Positions 57,981-59,510 of a stretch of 59,510 bases of DNA are shown here, one piece after another (the first letter of the stretch is position 1; every line of letters starts with the position of its first letter). This DNA is from Pseudomonadota bacterium (GTDB lineage: Bacteria > Myxococcota_A > Polyangia > Polyangiales > Polyangiaceae): contig QGUH02000001.1 in assembly GCA_003242355.2 (NCBI GenBank), positions 1 through 59,510 of the forward strand. Reading direction: 5' to 3'. A model generated the notes under the pieces. The model searched no databases. It was not told where the DNA came from and was given only the letters and a program-made list of their open reading frames with translations. Made by a program: the position numbers and the translations under genes.

Positions 57981-59510
57981 TTAGTAACCGAAGTCCGGAG
58001 TGCTCGTCGCCTTCGCTTTGGACGTGGTCTTCGAGGGCTTCGCCTTCGGTCGCGGCGTTGCCTTCGGCCGCGCCTTCGCCTGCGCGCCGGTGCTCGCTTC
58101 GGGGACGGCCGGGGGCGGTGCTGCCGGATCCGCCGGACCCGACTCCGACGGAGCGCTCGCCGGATCGGACGCGGATTCGGCGGAGGCAACGGGCGGCACC
58201 GCCGGCCCTTCCACCGCGACCTGCGGAGCAGGCTCCTCGGGTGGGGGCGGCACCAGGGGATCGATCGGCGCGGTGGTGCTCGGCGCCGGGGGCGACTCGA
58301 GCGCCGCCGAGGGACGCGCGGCGGTGGTTTGACCAGGAGCGTCTCCGCGCGACCACAAGGTGAAGGCTCCGACGCCGACTCCGAGCAACGAAACGGTCCC
58401 GAGCACTCCCAGGGCAACGAGGGGCGACGCGGATCGACGGCGCGGTTGGGAAGGACTCGGCTCGGAAACGCGCGTCGTTTCCCACGTCCCAGCCGTGCGG
58501 GCAGGACGGGCTGGCTCGCCCCCCGCCGCGGGCGCCGGCAGCGACTCCGCGGTCTTCGTGGGCGGGCCCTCGACGATCGACCGAGCCGGCGGCGCCAGGA
58601 CCCCCGAGGCGTCACCGGGCACGACCCCCGGCAGCGGCGCTGCCGGAGGCAAGCTCACCCCCACTCCCCGCTCGGCCCAATCGTCGAGCGCACGCGCGAA
58701 TTCTTCGGCGCTCTGGAAACGATGCGCGGGATCGCGCGCCATCGCCTTGGAGACGATGGTCGCGTAGGCGGGATCGACGTCCGGTACCACGCTCGTGACC
58801 AGCGGCACCTCCGACAGCACGATCTTGAACATCAGCTGGTTGAAGGTCGGCGCATCGAAGGGCACGCGCCCGCTGAGCGCCTCGAACAGGATCACCCCGA
58901 CGGAATAGAGATCGCTTCGCGCATCCGCGTCGCGCGTGCCGCTCGCCTGCTCGGGCGACATGTAATACGGCGTGCCCATCACCGCTCCGGTACGGGTCAT
59001 CTTCATCCCGTCCGACGACAGCGCCTGGAACTTCGAGATGCCGAAGTCGATGAGCTTGACGAAGTCCGGCCTGCCGAGCTTCTCCCGCAGGAGGAAGATG
59101 TTGTCGGGTTTCAGATCGCGGTGAACGATCCCCGCCTGGTGTGCGGCAGCGAGCCCCACCAAAACCTGGCGGATGATGGGGGTAATCTGCGCCGGAGTCA
59201 TCCGACCGCTGCGACGGATCCGCTCGCTCAACGGCTCGCCGTCGAGAAACTCCATCACGATGAAGGCGTCGCCGTCGGGGAGCGATCCGAGATCGAGCAC
59301 CTCGAGGATGTGATCGTTGCCGATGCGACCCGCCGCTTGAGCTTCTCGCTCGAAGCGCTGCATGACCTCCGTGTTTCCGACGAAGGCCGCGTGCAGCACC
59401 TTGATCGCGACGCGCCGATTGATGCGCACGTTCTCGCCTTCGTAAACGGCGCCCATACCGCCCTCGCCGACGAGGCGCACGATACGGTACTTGCCTTCGA
59501 TGAGCTGGCC
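57981..59510 (-). CDS. Membrane-anchored Hanks-type Ser/Thr protein kinase; start lies beyond the window
   Basis: GEGGMG, VAIK, HRDLKPDN, DFG, GTPYYMSPE, TM helix and Pro/Ala-rich tail. Confidence 0.96.
   Translation of the reverse strand, partial: GQLIEGKYRIVRLVGEGGMGAVYEGENVRINRRVAIKVLHAAFVGNTEVMQRFEREAQAAGRIGNDHILEVLDLGSLPDGDAFIVMEFLDGEPLSERIRRSGRMTPAQITPIIRQVLVGLAAAHQAGIVHRDLKPDNIFLLREKLGRPDFVKLIDFGISKFQALSSDGMKMTRTGAVMGTPYYMSPEQASGTRDADARSDLYSVGVILFEALSGRVPFDAPTFNQLMFKIVLSEVPLVTSVVPDVDPAYATIVSKAMARDPAHRFQSAEEFARALDDWAERGVGVSLPPAAPLPGVVPGDASGVLAPPARSIVEGPPTKTAESLPAPAAGGEPARPARTAGTWETTRVSEPSPSQPRRRSASPLVALGVLGTVSLLGVGVGAFTLWSRGDAPGQTTAARPSAALESPPAPSTTAPIDPLVPPPPEEPAPQVAVEGPAVPPVASAESASDPASAPSESGPADPAAPPPAVPEASTGAQAKARPKATPRPKAKPSKTTSKAKATSTPDFGY

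Noticed and set aside
1-59510. Mobile elements, prophage or recognised defence systems
   Set aside because: No transposase, integrase, phage structural, restriction-modification, toxin-antitoxin or reverse transcriptase motifs were recognised.

Overview
High-GC chromosomal window from a myxobacterium, most likely Sorangiineae/Polyangiaceae. This assignment is inferred from DUF4215 Cys-rich repeats, fibro-slime lipoproteins, a MYXO-CTERM-like tail, a DUF1552/DUF1592 pair and an ECF/FecR-PEGA-TPR cassette. About 48 CDS are supported. I saw no rRNA, tRNA, CRISPR array, transposase or integrase. Main blocks: (i) a beta-barrel protein, ECF sigma factor, zinc/FecR anti-sigma factor and a translationally coupled GH43 lipoprotein whose catalytic base and acid both appear substituted, making it a candidate glycan-sensing pseudo-enzyme; (ii) signalling and redox genes; (iii) a complete eboA-F cluster split into two convergent half-operons; (iv) many Cys-rich secreted lipoproteins; (v) nickel genes (NikR, NiCoT, His-motif Tat lipoprotein, candidate NikR operator) and iron genes (Bfr with H130A, Bfd, Fur box) flanking proS; (vi) an 875-aa HTH plus degenerate P-loop protein behind a perfect 22-bp palindrome; (vii) fadIJ and a Ser/Thr kinase. 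Non-coding signals include a four-copy palindrome CGCCGA-N13-TCGGCG, an exact 35-bp direct repeat 1.7 kb apart, and a duplicated nikR 3' end. All family assignments come from motif recognition by eye, not database searches. Several start codons are my choice among alternatives.
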